64,000 nucleotides of DNA from Botryllus schlosseri (lineage: Eukaryota): NCBI GenBank assembly GCA_051294905.1, contig CM119373.1, positions 1,986,001 to 2,050,000 on the forward strand, in the 5' to 3' direction. The translations under genes and the position numbers were made by a program. Shown here piece after piece: positions 1 through 13,462 of the stretch. The notes below the pieces were generated by a model. That model made no database searches. It was not told the origin of the DNA and was given only the letters and a program-made list of their open reading frames with translations. Numbering within the stretch: position 1 is the stretch's first letter; the number at the start of each line of letters is the position of its first letter.

Positions 1-1087
1 ATATGTGTGCGTAAAGTTTTGGATGTATCCTTCCAATTCATATTCCATAATGCACGCAATCAAACTTTAACTATCATTTAGGCCTACACCTTATTTCAGG
101 GGCGGGCAACATACGGCCCGCGAAGGGATTTTGTCCGGCCCGCCGAGAGTTTTTATTCCGAAAGTGAAATTTTATTGTGAATGTATTGACAACTTTTCTG
201 CGTCACAGAATGAATCGAAGTTTGCGAACCTGAAAAAGATGGACATTAAACTATACTTGCTCGGTTCGGGTCTACTTACATCTTCTACCATCGAACCAGT
301 GTTGGGATGACTCGAGTCACCTTTTTCGTATGACTTGACTTGACTCGAGTCACCTTGGAAAATGACTTGACTTGACTTGACGCTTCTGAAATGTAGATTG
401 ATTTATGACTCGAAGCAAAATTTACGAGTCAAGTTAGAGTCATCAAGTAATTTTATGTTGACTAAGTCTCTGTAACTTGTACAAGTTCGCCAAACCATCA
501 TTGTTATATCACAAATATATTGATTGCAAACGCAGTGATCGGAGCTTATACAACAGCTTACATTGTCGTAAACTTGCTTACCTCAACCAGCCCTCTTGTA
601 TATAATTTAAATCAAACGAATATCGTTCATACGTTTATAATTGTATATCGTTGATAAGTAGGTGGGTAGGGTATTGAACTATATCAATTTTAAACATTCT
701 GAGGTTTCGTATGTTGTCCTCTATTTTGGCTGATATTTAAAGACTGGCTACATCGCCATACTTGCGTAGTTGAGCAGTTCTGCGTATGCGTGAGCGATAC
801 AGCGCCTCTTCATTCCATTACTCCTCGCCACTTAATCCGCGTAAGCCGTGACTTGCGCAAAGTCTAGAAGTGGGCCGTGCTATAAGTCGGCAGTTGACGA
901 ATAAATATGAAGAATATTGGCCTGGTGTGAATGGCCGTAGTAGCTGACAAACACCATGAATATCTCAAAACAAACAAACAAACTATTTATTCGTTCGTCG
1001 ATTCCGAATAAATGGGTACTTCATCTGTATTTAAAACAGTTAGCAAAATGTAATGACTTTGAATCATGTCCAGTACGTTGAAATTTC

Positions 1088-1147
1088 AACTTGACTTGAC
1101 TCGTGACTTGACTTGACTTGACTTGTCTTGACTTGACTTGACTTGAC
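1088..1147. repeat. (GACTT)n microsatellite, short allele
   Basis: ~60 bp, within a repeat element starting cagtgttgggatgactcgagtc at ~297. Confidence 0.9.
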
Positions 1148-1879
1148 CCGAGTCACCTTTGAAAATCAAGTGACTTGACTTGACTCGAGTCAAAATGAAT
1201 TGGCAACAAAACGTTTCCATGAATCTCGACGAAGTCACAAAATCAATGTAAATACAGGCCAATGGCACACAAAGGCAGACAAAAGTTTACAGGGGATCCA
1301 AATATAAATAAGCAGTGGGACAGTATTGAATGCTTACACATCGGAATTGTATACTATATTGTTCCACATAATTCCATCGTTAATAATTCAACGGTATGAA
1401 GTGTATGCTCGAGCAGTATAGCTAACCCGTCGCTTCCACAATTGCATGTCTTAAATTGATATTTATCCAAACTTCAAGTCAAAAATATGGATGTGCGAAC
1501 CTGAATCTAGTAGCTATGAAATTCTAAATCCGATATTGATCGAATGAACCCTGCAAGATTGATATCTGAAATCGGTTCATCAAACAAACGGTATGTGCGA
1601 ATTCACAATCGTAATATCGAGAATCAACATCTGTGACTTTTCAGTGTCTTCTGATGGGAGTGCAATTCTTCAAAAAATATCACAAACCATAACGTATTCT
1701 TTATTGCAGTCTTGCCATAGCGGTACCCTATATAAAAAGATTGATGTGGCAATTATACAATTCATTTTTTATGTCGAAACAATAATACTACGTGTCGACC
1801 GGCACTGATATCTTAATGTCTAATATAATGAAAATCGAAACCACTAAGAATAATATTGTTAAAATTTCGTCTCCACCAG

Positions 1880-1969
1880 CTTCAGAAACTGCCCATCTTC
1901 GACAGTACACTACTCCCGGGTTCTTATTATGACGTGGCGGAAATTGCAAAAGCCACCAAATGCGCCGAA
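1880..1969 (+). pseudogene. Truncated type-B LRR exon (first repeat only)
   Basis: ctccaccag|LQKLPIFDSTLLPGSYYDVAEIAKATKCAE; similarity to exon B ends here and repeat sequence follows; upstream intron is homologous to that of 31923. Confidence 0.65.
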
Positions 1970-2214
1970 GTGTGTGTACCGAACCCAATTCCAACGTCCA
2001 CGTTTACGGTTTAATCTCTTGTATTCTTACCAACGCACACTCGGGGTCAACATCCAGTTACGACTAAAAAGAGTGGTGGGTTAGCGTAGTGGTGTAATCC
2101 ACTGCTGCAACACCTATGGGTTACTGGTGCGAGTGCGACCAATTTCGACTCTAGAATTCCTAATTAAGTGTTGGAGGTTTAGCTAGGCTCCTCCTCGCCA
2201 TCTCACACGCGTAA

Positions 2215-4163
2215 CAGACTTGGACAACTAGATAATTATAGTTGTCTAATTTCACTAAATTAGAGCGAAATAGCAGTAATCGAATTCTAATCTAATTTAT
2301 AAAATTTTTCTATGCTCCAATTCTAATTCTAATTCTGATTCTAATCTAAATTGAGAAACGTTCTTATACTCTAATTTTAATTCTAATCTAATTCATTGTT
2401 TTCCTGAAAATGCCTATTTGACTGCGGCATGTTGCCGCGAGTCCCTCTCGTACAGGGAAGTCCAGAGCCAAGACGCCATCGCATTACTTGCACCGTACAG
2501 AAATAGTAGTTATTGTGCGACGAATAAGAGCCATACTGGCATAGTAGCTTGTTTGTTGGTTTTCTTGAACAATTGCGAGGCTTATTGAATAAGCATGTTA
2601 TATGCGCCATGATAAGAAATGTTGCAATGTTCATTGATCTTTGCCTTATGAACTCTTTTCGGACTACTTCCAGTCACACACCCATTCATCATTGATATCC
2701 ATCTCGTTTGCATACGACCTCTTCAGTGTCTTTTACCGACGATTTTCGAAACTCGACTTTAATTGATCAATCTGGGCTTTTCTTACGGCACTGCATACGC
2801 AATGACGTCAGCTACTAACGATTCGATATTCGGGCAAGCCAGACATGTTGCTAGATGAAAGACTATCTCATCCTAAAGATTGGCTGTGGGGACACCCTAG
2901 CCCGTTTTCCAAGCGTTTCGGCGTCGCGTGCATTCTACGTCATGGCAATATGCCTATTCATACCAGCTGACTCTCCGTCGATGGAATGCTGATGCCTCCG
3001 TTGAAGCTATTTTCGCTATAGCGAGGAATAGTGTTGTTCAGGACAGACGAATAAGTTTTTTAAAACTACAACAATAATAATTTGAAACTGAAATCATTTT
3101 CGCATTTCAAAATGCTTTATTCGCGTTCTTCCAAATTCACAGATCAGATCGCCGGCCGCAAAATACAACCTCGCGGGCCGCCTGTTGATGACCCCTGGTA
3201 TTGTGCAAAACGAGCAAAGCTTGATATACGGACGTTAACCAATCTCTTTGTTATGAGACTCCATTGTGATTTGATATGAACTGAACTTTTTGCTGCATTT
3301 ATTTCTCATTCAAATTTTCATTCGATTTCCAAGTTTTTCCGAATTCAAATTCTGATGCTAATTATAATCTAATTTGGAAAAAAGCTGTGTAGCTTTAATT
3401 CTAATTCTAATCTAATTTGGAAAAATTGTATAGCTCTAATTCTAATTCTAATCTAATTTGGAAAAAGCTGTGTAGATGTAATTCTAATTCTATTATAATC
3501 TGGAAAAAAAGCTGTGTAGATTTAATTCTAATTTTAATTTAATTTGGAAAATATGCATAGCTCTAATTATAATTCTAATATAATTTGGAAAAAGCTGTGT
3601 AGATCTAATTCTAATTCTAATCTAATTTGGAAAAAGCTGTGTAGATTTAATTCTAATTTCAATCTAATTTGGAAAAATTGTATAGCTCTAATTATAATTA
3701 TAATCTAATTTGGAAAAAGCTGTGTGGATCTAATTCTAATTCTAATCTAATTTGGAAATAACTGTGTTGATCTAATTCTAATTCTATTCTAATCTGAAAA
3801 AAAGCTGTGTAGCTTTATTTCTAATTTGAATCTAATTTGGAAAAATTGTATAGCTCAAATTATAATTATAATCTAATTTGGAAAAAGCTGTGTAGATCTA
3901 ATTCTAATTCTAATCTAATTTGGAAATAACTGTGTTGATCTAATTCTAATTCTATTCTAATCTGAAAAAAAGCTGTGTAGCTTTATTTCTAATTTGAATC
4001 TAATTTGGAAAAATTGTATAGCTCTAATTATAATTCTAATCTAATTTGGAAAAAGCTGTGTAGATCTAATTCTAATTCTAATCTAATTTGGAAATAACTG
4101 TATAGCTCTAATTCTAATTCTAATATAATTTGTAAAAGCTTAAAAATTCTTAGTTGTCCAAGT
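2215..4163. mobile_element. Non-autonomous TIR element (CAGACTTGGACAACTAG...) with AT-rich subterminal repeats
   Basis: The left end cagacttggacaactaga matches the reverse complement of tctagttgtcc(t/a)agtctg (intact at ~12912-12929 and ~26268-26285). Probable 8-bp TSD Ncgcgtaa. Copies at 39604-41509 and 53375-55330. Confidence 0.65.
3355..4140. repeat. ~39-bp AT-rich minisatellite (aattctaattctaatctaatttggaaaaagctgtgtagatct variants)
   Basis: About 20 tandem units with a higher-order 3-unit pattern. Confidence 0.9.
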
Positions 4164-5678
4164 AAGCGGTGTCATATAAAAGCATCAGTGGGCCTTGCAG
4201 CAAGTCAGCAGCTACGGATTTTAAATGAAGCACATTGGCCAGGTGTAAATGACCATAGTATTCGACAAATCCCAAGATTACCTCAAAACAAACAAACAAG
4301 CGACTAAAAAGGGAGCATAAAAATACGCCAACTTCTATCGTCGTTACTGCCACTGATTTAGCGATCCATAACTGTACTCAACAGGCAAATCATCGCATTT
4401 TTGCCAATTTCATTGTTCGCGAATAAAGTCGTTGCTAGAATATAAACCCTATGATCCGTGATATGTTCTAATGTACTATTATGTATGTATATAATGATAG
4501 ATAATAAAGTATTCAAGTGAAAATACGGACATGTGACAAAATCTTTAAATGAGTTGACTGATGGTCCGGCCTGTGAGAGATTTGAAGGTTTGCATCCGAC
4601 CCGCGTCGCCTTTTCAGATTCACAATCCTGATCTAAGCTGAATCGCCATGACGAGATAGCATAATGGTATGATCCACGGCTGTAACACCAATTGGTTGCG
4701 GGTTCGATGCTGACCGAGGTCGACTCCAGAATTCCCAGCCGAGTGTTACAGATTTATCTAGGGCTATGCTACTCTTTATTCACCAGATCAGCGGTAGTGG
4801 TTTCTTAAAAAAGCCTAGAAGTGGATCGTGCTATGAGTGCTCTCAATATTGCAGGCCCTGAGTATCTTCTGCACAGCGATCAATGTATATTTTTATAATT
4901 GAATGCCTCTTGGCTTTGCATTCAGGACAGTTTGTTTTACATGCAATCGAAATTTAAATCATTGGTAAAACAGAGTATATATTGCACGACATTAATATTG
5001 CACACATTGTCTATTATAATATTTGAGATTCTATATAGTTGCTGAGTGACGTAAAGACCGAGTGAGTGTCTCACTTCGATTTCCCAAAAGTGTTTATGAA
5101 TACTGGCTGAGTGCCGTAGAAACCATATAGTACTGTCTTTATTGAGTGATCATTAGTAAATTAGTAATCATAAAAACTGCATAACGGTATGCTTTAAAGC
5201 TGCCAAAAACTGTAGACCTGCCGTCTCCGTGGATTCAATCGGACAGATTTACAAGCCGATATCCTAATGGCGACAGCATTTTGAAAGAGGCAGAGATTGC
5301 TATTATTCCATTCATCAGAATTCTACGTTGAAATCGGCCCCGCATATTTGTTACTCAGAAGACCGAGTTACAAATATTGCCAGGGACCTAGCTCGTCGGT
5401 AATTTTACAAATTTCTATTGTGTTTGAGTGTATTCGATCAAATGAAATCTAAAACATTATATTCGACTCGAGGATCAATTCTTGATTCGGAATCGTATCT
5501 TCCGAGTTCTCAATGTCGTCCAGCCACGATTGCAATTTTATTTTACTTGAAATGATGGCGAAGCAATCGTAGCACAGTAATGTGATACTAATAGTATTTT
5601 ACAGTTTAATGACAGAAATTTCAATTTCATTTCCGAAGGCTAATGAAAGTAATGTTATACGATATTTTATCATTTTAG

Positions 5679-5846
5679 TTGCAAAGGCTCAGTATCATCG
5701 ACAATTCAATGAATGAAGATGGATATGAAATACTCGTTCACATTCTGAAGCTGTCAGATTGCAAGGTACTGGTGCTCCAAAATTGTTGTCTCACCAAGAC
5801 TAAGTTGCAAGGAGTATTGAACGGATGTCGGGATCAAAATATCCAG
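5679..5846 (+). CDS. Internal coding exon type A1: two RI/NLR-like leucine-rich repeats (56 aa, phase 0-0)
   Basis: Acceptor cattttag|TTG, donor CAG|gtgcgt, 168 nt open. LQRLSIIDNSMNEDGYEILVHILKLSDCKVLVLQNCCLTKTKLQGVLNGCRDQNIQ fits LxxLxLxxN/C twice. Confidence 0.8.
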
Positions 5847-6506
5847 GTGCGTCATCATGAACAATCCGTGATATCCAAAAAGACATGTCATCTTACGATT
5901 CGAAATTGTTCGTCATCCTACTTCGCCTCAAATCCATGTAACATAAAATCGTTCACCATTTATTCTATCGTTTACCATTACTCGGCCATGTATTCCATGA
6001 AGCCAATTAAAATGACAGCATGTAACGAAGTTTATTTAAGCGCTGTTAACGAAACGACCGGTGGACGGTCATATTATCAATATATGTTATAGGATAATAA
6101 CCCACGTTAGAAATCTAACCACCAATGCCGAATGAGTAACGAAAATCAATTTAGTGTTTGATGTTTGACTCAAATGCACACGGGGCCAATTTTCAAATTT
6201 TTGACCACCCCGCGGAACACGGCGTCAATATGGGTATTCAATGTATGTTCAAGTATGTCGTATTTGACGAGGTGAAATTGTACTATTGGTCGGAATAGCA
6301 AATTGAGATTCCGCAAATATAGTGAACTTATGATTTACTACTTATTTTACCAATTTACGCGCGGCACGAATGAAAACCACATTCACAAATATTTGACTAA
6401 AATTGTCGTTGTACTAGGCAGGGAGTACGCATCATTTGTCACAATTATGAGAAATAGGCACCGTAGCCGAATCTAGGTTTGGGGTACCATATTGATAAGT
6501 GTAGGC

Positions 6507-7985
6507 CAGGGGTAGGCAAACCCCGGCACGCGTGCCATTTGTGCCACGCCAAATGATTTCACGCAAACGACATATTGATACCATGTTTTTGCAAAAAGTG
6601 AAACAGAAGTTTTCAAAACGTGAAAGGCTCGTAGGCGATCCAAAATTATTATTATTATTTCACATTTTACAGTGGTGCTTCTCGCCTTTTCCAGGCTATG
6701 TGCACCACGACACGAATATTTGGAATGTTCATAAGTCTTTGTTTTTGTGGTAATCTTGGGGACGACTTCTTCATTCTTTCGCACATCCAGACGTCAGTCT
6801 CTCTCGCACCCATGCGTCCCCGTCGAATTCTCTGCTGCCGACTTCTAGGACGGCTCACTTTCAATCTGGGCTTTTCAATGCACTGTAACTGCGGTGAGGT
6901 CGGCAATGGGTAGCCCAGAGAAACCTCCGACACATAGAGCCTGATGTGTTAATTATGTTATGGGAACCCCCAATAAATAGATAAATATATATGCATTTAT
7001 AAAATGTTTTAAAAATCTATGCATAGTGTACAGAAATGAGTCAACCGTATTAGCAGTTGTGAAAGAACGTCAACCGAATATCGTTTGAAAACGTTTGGAT
7101 GCTTTAGTCTCGGAGTGTTATTCACTGTGTAGCCTGTGGGATTGCAACTTCTGAACCGGCATTACGACGCTGGGCATCTTCACGCTATAGAATACACGAC
7201 CAAGATATAGAGTTTCGGACAACATCCGACCATGCGACTAACAGGCGGTCTATGCGTTGCCAAAATGATTGGCGGCGATAAAACCTTGAAACAAAATAGC
7301 CGCTGCATCATGGACAAAACGTTAGACATTGATATGTCCACTGGCAAAGCGCCGAAGTGACCAGCGCCGAATTGCCAGCGCCCGCAGCTTGAGCCGCACG
7401 GAAGATAATGAGCCCCGTGTCGAAATGCGAATCGTGTTCGTCTCTCGGAAGTAGAGTCTGGTGTGCACGCGATTCCATATCTTGAGCAACGACAATCTTT
7501 ACCGTTCGACTGCGACTGCCGACAAATCTAGTGTCAGACCGAACTTAATGTGACACCAAACCGATTTGAATGAGACTGTGGGGAGGGGGGAAACACTTTT
7601 CATCATCATCAGACCATATCATCGTAGCTACACTGATTGACCCGCCACTTACTGGATATGGTAACAAATATAGTGGACTTGGAAACGATCCAATCAACCG
7701 CAGAAGATCGATCATTGCCCAATGGCGCGACAGAAAATAAATTATGTAAATGTCGCGTAGGCCTACATATAAGCGATAGGTCGGGTGCGGTAGTGTCCAA
7801 AATTCAATCCCTTCAAGACCAATCAAGAATTGCCGTCGTGACGAATGGCGTTGCCAGGTTGGTGGTATTCCTTGCTGCTTGAAACGTTAAATAATAATAA
7901 ATTCAATGTTTGGCACGGAAACTAGTAAAAAATTGACATTTTTTGACATTTTGGCACGCTGCACATAAAAGGTTGCCGGCACCTG
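6507..7985. mobile_element. Non-autonomous hAT-type element (with internal repeat fragments)
   Basis: Termini CAGGGGTAGGCAA ... TTGCCGGCACCTG; 8-bp TSD gtgtaggc/gtataggc; empty site 'aagtataggctattg' at ~28751. Confidence 0.8.
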
Positions 7986-10900
7986 GTATAGGCTATTGAT
8001 CTTGTCATTGCCCAAGTCAAAATAAAACAGCGTTGGATTTCACTTTACTGGTGTCACAGCGGTGGAGCGTGCCGCTGCGGTATTTGCCATCTTTAATCGG
8101 CCATAAAGCTATGGATTAAGGGTTCAAAGATGCAACTGAGTGCACATTAAGGGGGAAACAGCATGCTAAATGTTGATATAACAACTTACGTCGATAGCGA
8201 AATACCATGTCACGAGCTTATCATCTAATACGATCCCCTGGTCACGCGAAAAATAATTTTTGCGTCCAGGTTATAAACATGTCACGACACTCCGAGTTAC
8301 TCGGAGTCGACTCGAGTCATTTTCACTTTTTATCACCGAGTCATTCTGACTAATTCAGCGAAAGGTCGCCTCCAACTCCAAGTCACATTTTTCAGTCTCG
8401 AATCATATACGGTTCATGTTTTATCATCAAGATTAGAATATTCTATGTAATAGCAGATCTTCCACCGCATAGTAGCGTTTGAAAGTGATGCCATATAGCG
8501 AACTTTAATCAGTAGTTGTATGTTTTTTTGGCAAATTTAAAGGAAATGATAACTTTTCAAATCTGTCAAAAAGAAACGTTGCACTGAGCTGCTTCCAAGT
8601 ATCGCCTCCTTGGAAATCCAAAATTTTGACGTGGCCGAGCAAAATGTCCTTGTGGGTCGCGTGTTCGGGACCCAGGCTTAGATCATACGGGTTACCACTA
8701 TCAAAACTACTGCTGGTGTAAATAGAGAAAGTAATGCCTAGCTTTGGCATGACGTTACTGGATTATTGCAAATTAATCGTCAAATATGCGGCAATACAAA
8801 ATTGACGATTTTGGACCGAAAAGTTAGCATTTCACCACACGCATGTCCGTTCTCTAAGGTTGCTTGTAAAATGCAAATTAAGACGGACGGAGCTATGTCG
8901 AACAATAGCAGAGAAATCTAGCGTACCGCCGTACATGCAGTGTGACATAATGCTTATTCTTTATGCGGAATGCGGTCACTAAATGTCGCTAAAAAGTCGC
9001 TGGTAATAACAACATGTCAATGCCTACGCGCGAATTTGCGTGCTTTTTGTGCTACCAAGAAACACCATGTCGATCCAAAAAAACTCCTAAAACCGAACTA
9101 ATCTCCATGCTAATATATTTTCATCATTTCTGGCCTTCAATATTATTCACGACACATCGCACCGTAGATATCTTGAAGATTGCGTTCTGCAACGAACTAT
9201 AGCACTGGTCAACAAAATGAAAAATAAAAACAATTGGCAGAACATCTAGGAACTGCTATAGGGTTTTCAAGGTTGCTGATGACGAATAGTACATTTGTTT
9301 TGCCAGATTGACTTGCCCACTAGACTTGAGTCTTTTCTCTGGGTCATTTGCTGTCATCATTCAAGAGTTCGGCTCTCTCTTTGTCTGAGCCTTTCAATGC
9401 ACTGTATTTATAGCGGGATCGGAGATGAGGAGCCCAGATAAACCTCCGACACATAGAAACATGGCAGAGCCGAGACTCGACCCGCCGTGACAGCAGTGTT
9501 TAACCAACTGCGCCACTCGCTTCCCCGTGACATAAATATATCCTTATTCTTATGACGCGGTCACATGTTAACGTATAGCTTATACAGACGTGGTGGTGTA
9601 CTAGCGTTACAGCTATAGGGATCGCTCGCATGATTATAACGATAATGAAGACGTCATAGTTCAGTCGTAACAAATGATCGATCGTGTTCTGTATTCTAAC
9701 TCTAATCTTTTTAATGCTGTCTGTTGATTCGTGCGTAACCTGAATAATTCCGACTTTCAGCAGCATCGGATTATTCGCACGTTTCCATACCACTGCTTCA
9801 CACCTACAGAATAGTCTGCCGATCACTGTCGCAACAAGAACCACAATTATACTCATTTATACGTTCATTGTATTTATTACTCTGAAATCAAACTCTTAAC
9901 AAAAACACGTACAATCGTTTCATTAATTTTTTTATCGTCACCAAAATAATTCAGTTATTCCTTGGTTGAAAAATTTTGAGCTCGTTTCGTCAAGAATGTT
10001 ATAGTATGATCTTCAAACACATCTGATGTTTTACTCTGTAACTGTTTCCCAGTCACGGAAAATTCATCCGGTTCCATGAATTCGATTATCCGAGGTTTTA
10101 GTGGTCCGAAACCTAGTGAAACATGAAAATGAGTCTGGCGCCCCCTATTTTAAGGACTGTAGTAAAAACCAATGGGTAAGTGGTCGAAGTCCGCTTTCGG
10201 GTTAGGAATTCACTATTAGACCTCTCGACTAATTAACGATATAATTTTTCATGCTGTTTTCGAGATCTAATCCAGGTTGTTATAACAACCATCGGGTAAG
10301 GACTACGGGCTCATGGCATTTGGTTCGAGATCGATGGACACATCTCGAATTCTCCTCTGCGATTGGCAATACGGTGAATAAAATTGTATTGGTTTCGTTT
10401 TATTGCTTTGTCTGACCACTTGATCAAATGAGAATGTGGTAGAGATTTGCTCACATTACATTTAGTGCTGCTCTTAGTTTCAACATGAATGCGGGTAACA
10501 ACACTCAGCAGTATCACCCTTTATGATACGATGAAGAAATATTCTGACGACATAATTTTGTAGCTCTCAAATACAAGCATATTTAATTACTCGTTTTTAC
10601 CAAAAAGCTACAAAACACCTTTATTGTACAAAGGACATCACTCTCGAAAGTTGTTCAGTAGCCTTTAGCGCCTTTACGATTTAGGCACGCAGTGCGCTTC
10701 AGGATAAAATACCTAGTTAAAAATATTTTATGGAAAACAACCCGAGCTATCAGTATAAGTATCAGTTTATTATTATTTTCATAATTTCAAAACACCACGA
10801 AACTGTGATAAAATGAGGGGATAGGAAGATGTCAAAACGACTTGGAGTAGCTAGCGTGAAAGGAGTGTTATAACGGGGAATTAGCAATCCAAAAGTACGC

Positions 10901-11251
10901 CAAATTCATTTTACATGATTTAAAATTAATCACTGCATTCATGAAAACAGGGGTCGGTTGATATTTCGCGATGAGCGCAACGAAAAACGTTGTGAATGAG
11001 CAGATTTTGTCGAATGTTAGTTTGCAATGAGAAGTCAGCAATAATCATATGTCCATACTACACCATATGCTGCGAGACAATTTTCTTCAGCGGCCCAACC
11101 GCCACCAGAGCCCAATGCTCCCTATTTCGTCCCCTGAGCGTTTCCGCCCCTTCAAAATTCAAGCCGCCCCCTGGTAGGCGCTGGAGACAAGGTAAAGAAC
11201 CACTGATCTAAATAATCACGAACTATATTAGTAAAATTACGTCTCCTCCAG

Positions 11252-11299
11252 CTTCATAAACTGCTCATCTTCGACAGAACAATGCTCCCGGGCGCATAG
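11252..11299 (+). pseudogene. Truncated type-B LRR exon ending in TAG
   Basis: ctcctccag|LHKLLIFDRTMLPGA*; homologous to the 5' end of exon B. Confidence 0.6.
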
Positions 11300-13462
11300 A
11301 AGAGTAGCGTACGGCCAGTGTTGCTGAATACAAATTCTGTAGGCGGAATTGGACTCTGAGCTGTCGTAGGAATTCGTCAGAAACAACATATACAAATGCG
11401 CGTGGTCTTATTCGTGTAGTTTTTGCGCTATCACGAAGCAACTAACGATCCAGATTAAACATTTAAATTCTAACCTTATCCAAGTCTATATCATGGTCTC
11501 ATGCTCAGTCTTCTAGAATGATAGATACTTTTGTGCTCAGCGCTTCTTTGGAAATTGTATCAATCATCACACCCATCTCTGATCTGAACATATAAAGTGT
11601 CATTACCATGTTTTCATCTGATATCAAACTAATCTAATTTGTGAATTGTTCTTATGATCTAATTTTACTTCTAATCTAATTTATAAAATGTTTCTATGCT
11701 CCAATTTCAATTCCAATCTAATTTATGAATTGTACTTATTCTCTAATTCGAATTCTTATCTAATTTGTGAAATGTTCCTATACTTTAATTTTAATTCTAA
11801 CCTAATTTATTGTTTTTCTGAAAATGCCTATTAGACCGCGGCATTTTGCAGCGAGTCCCTCTCGAACAGGGAAATTCAGAGCCAAGCCGCCATCGCATTA
11901 CTTACACCGTACATAATTAGTAGTTGTTGTGCGACGAATAATAGCCTACCGGCATGGTAGATTGTTCGTTTGTATTCTGGAACAATTGTGACGCTTATCG
12001 TCCAATCATGTTATTTGCGCCATGATAATGAATGTTGCAATGTTCATCGATCTTTGCCTTTGGAACTCTTTTCGGAGTACTTCCTATCACGCGTCCATTG
12101 ATCATCGATATCTATCTCGTTTGCATGCGTCCTCTTCAGTGTCTTTTGCTGACGATTTTAGAAGCTCGACTTCAATAGATCAATTTGGGGTTTTCTTACG
12201 GTACTGCATACGCAGTGAGGTCAAATACAAATGAATCGATATTGGGACTGGATAGACATGTAGCTAGGTGAAAGACTATCTCATCCTAAAGATTGATTGT
12301 GGGGAAGCTCAGGCCCGTTTTCTAAGCGTCTCGGTCTTGGGCTTGGCGGTGTCGGGTCCATTGTACGTCATGGCAATATGCCTATTCATACTAGCTGACT
12401 CGCCATCGATGCAATGCTGTTGCCATCGTTGAAGCCATTTCCGCTATCGCGAGGAATAGTGTTGTTGAGCACAGACGAATAGGTTTATTTAAAATAACAA
12501 CAATATTAATTTGAAAGTGAAATCATTTTCCGCATTTCAAAATGCTTTATTCGCCTTTATTCAAATTCACAGATCAGATTGCCTGCCTCAAAATACAGAT
12601 TCGCGGGCCGCGTGTTGATGACCTCTGATATAGTGCAAAACGAGCAAAGCTTGATATACAGACGTTAACCAGTCTCTTTGCTATGAGACTCCACTGTGAT
12701 TTGATATGTACTTAAATTTTGCTGCATTTATTTCTCATTCAGAATTCCATTCAATTTCCAAGTTTTTCCGAATTCAGTAGCCAAAGTCTAATTGTAATTA
12801 TAATCTAATTTGGAAATAACTGTGTTAATCTAATTCTAATTCTAATCTAATTTGGAAAAATCGTATAGCTCTAATTATAATTATAATCTGATTCGGAAAA
12901 GCTAAAAATTTTCTAGTTGTCCTAGTCTGTCGCGTAAGTGGCGTCTTATAAAAGCCTATGAGTGGACCGTGCTGCAGGTCAGCAGCTACGAAATTTAGAT
13001 GAAGCACATTGTCCTGGTGTAAATGACCATAGTAGTCGACAAACCCCATGAATACCTCAAACCAAACAAACAAGCGACTAAAAAGGGAGCATAGAAATAC
13101 GCCAACTTATATCGTCGTTAGTGCCACTGATTTAGCGCTCCATAACTCTACTCAACAGACAAATCATCGTATTTTTGCCAATTCCATTGTTCGGGAATAA
13201 AGTCGTTGCTAGAATATAAACACCATGATCCGTGATATGATTTGATGCACTATTAAGTATATATGATCGATACTAGAATATTCACGTGAAAAATAAGGAC
13301 ATGTGGAAACATTTTGAACCGAGTTGACTGATGGTCCGGCTCGTGACAGATTTGAAGGTATAAATCCGACCCGCGTCGCCATTTGAGTTTGACAACCCTG
13401 CTTCAAGCTGAATCGCCATAACAAGATAGCATAATGGTATGATCCACGGCTGCAACACCAAT

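Larger units (their letters stand above)
5990..13460 (+). repeat. Older, more diverged duplication of ~18337-27020
   Basis: Colinear similarity with many substitutions and differential MITE/SINE insertions. Confidence 0.85.

Noticed and set aside
3355..4140. CRISPR-like regular repeat
   Set aside because: The intervening sequences are themselves repeated, there are no cas genes and the context is eukaryotic; it is a minisatellite.
5847..6092. ORF extensions beyond the LRR exons (also after 17048, 32090, 47747 and 56968)
   Set aside because: Read-through past the GT donors; length and frame differ among copies.
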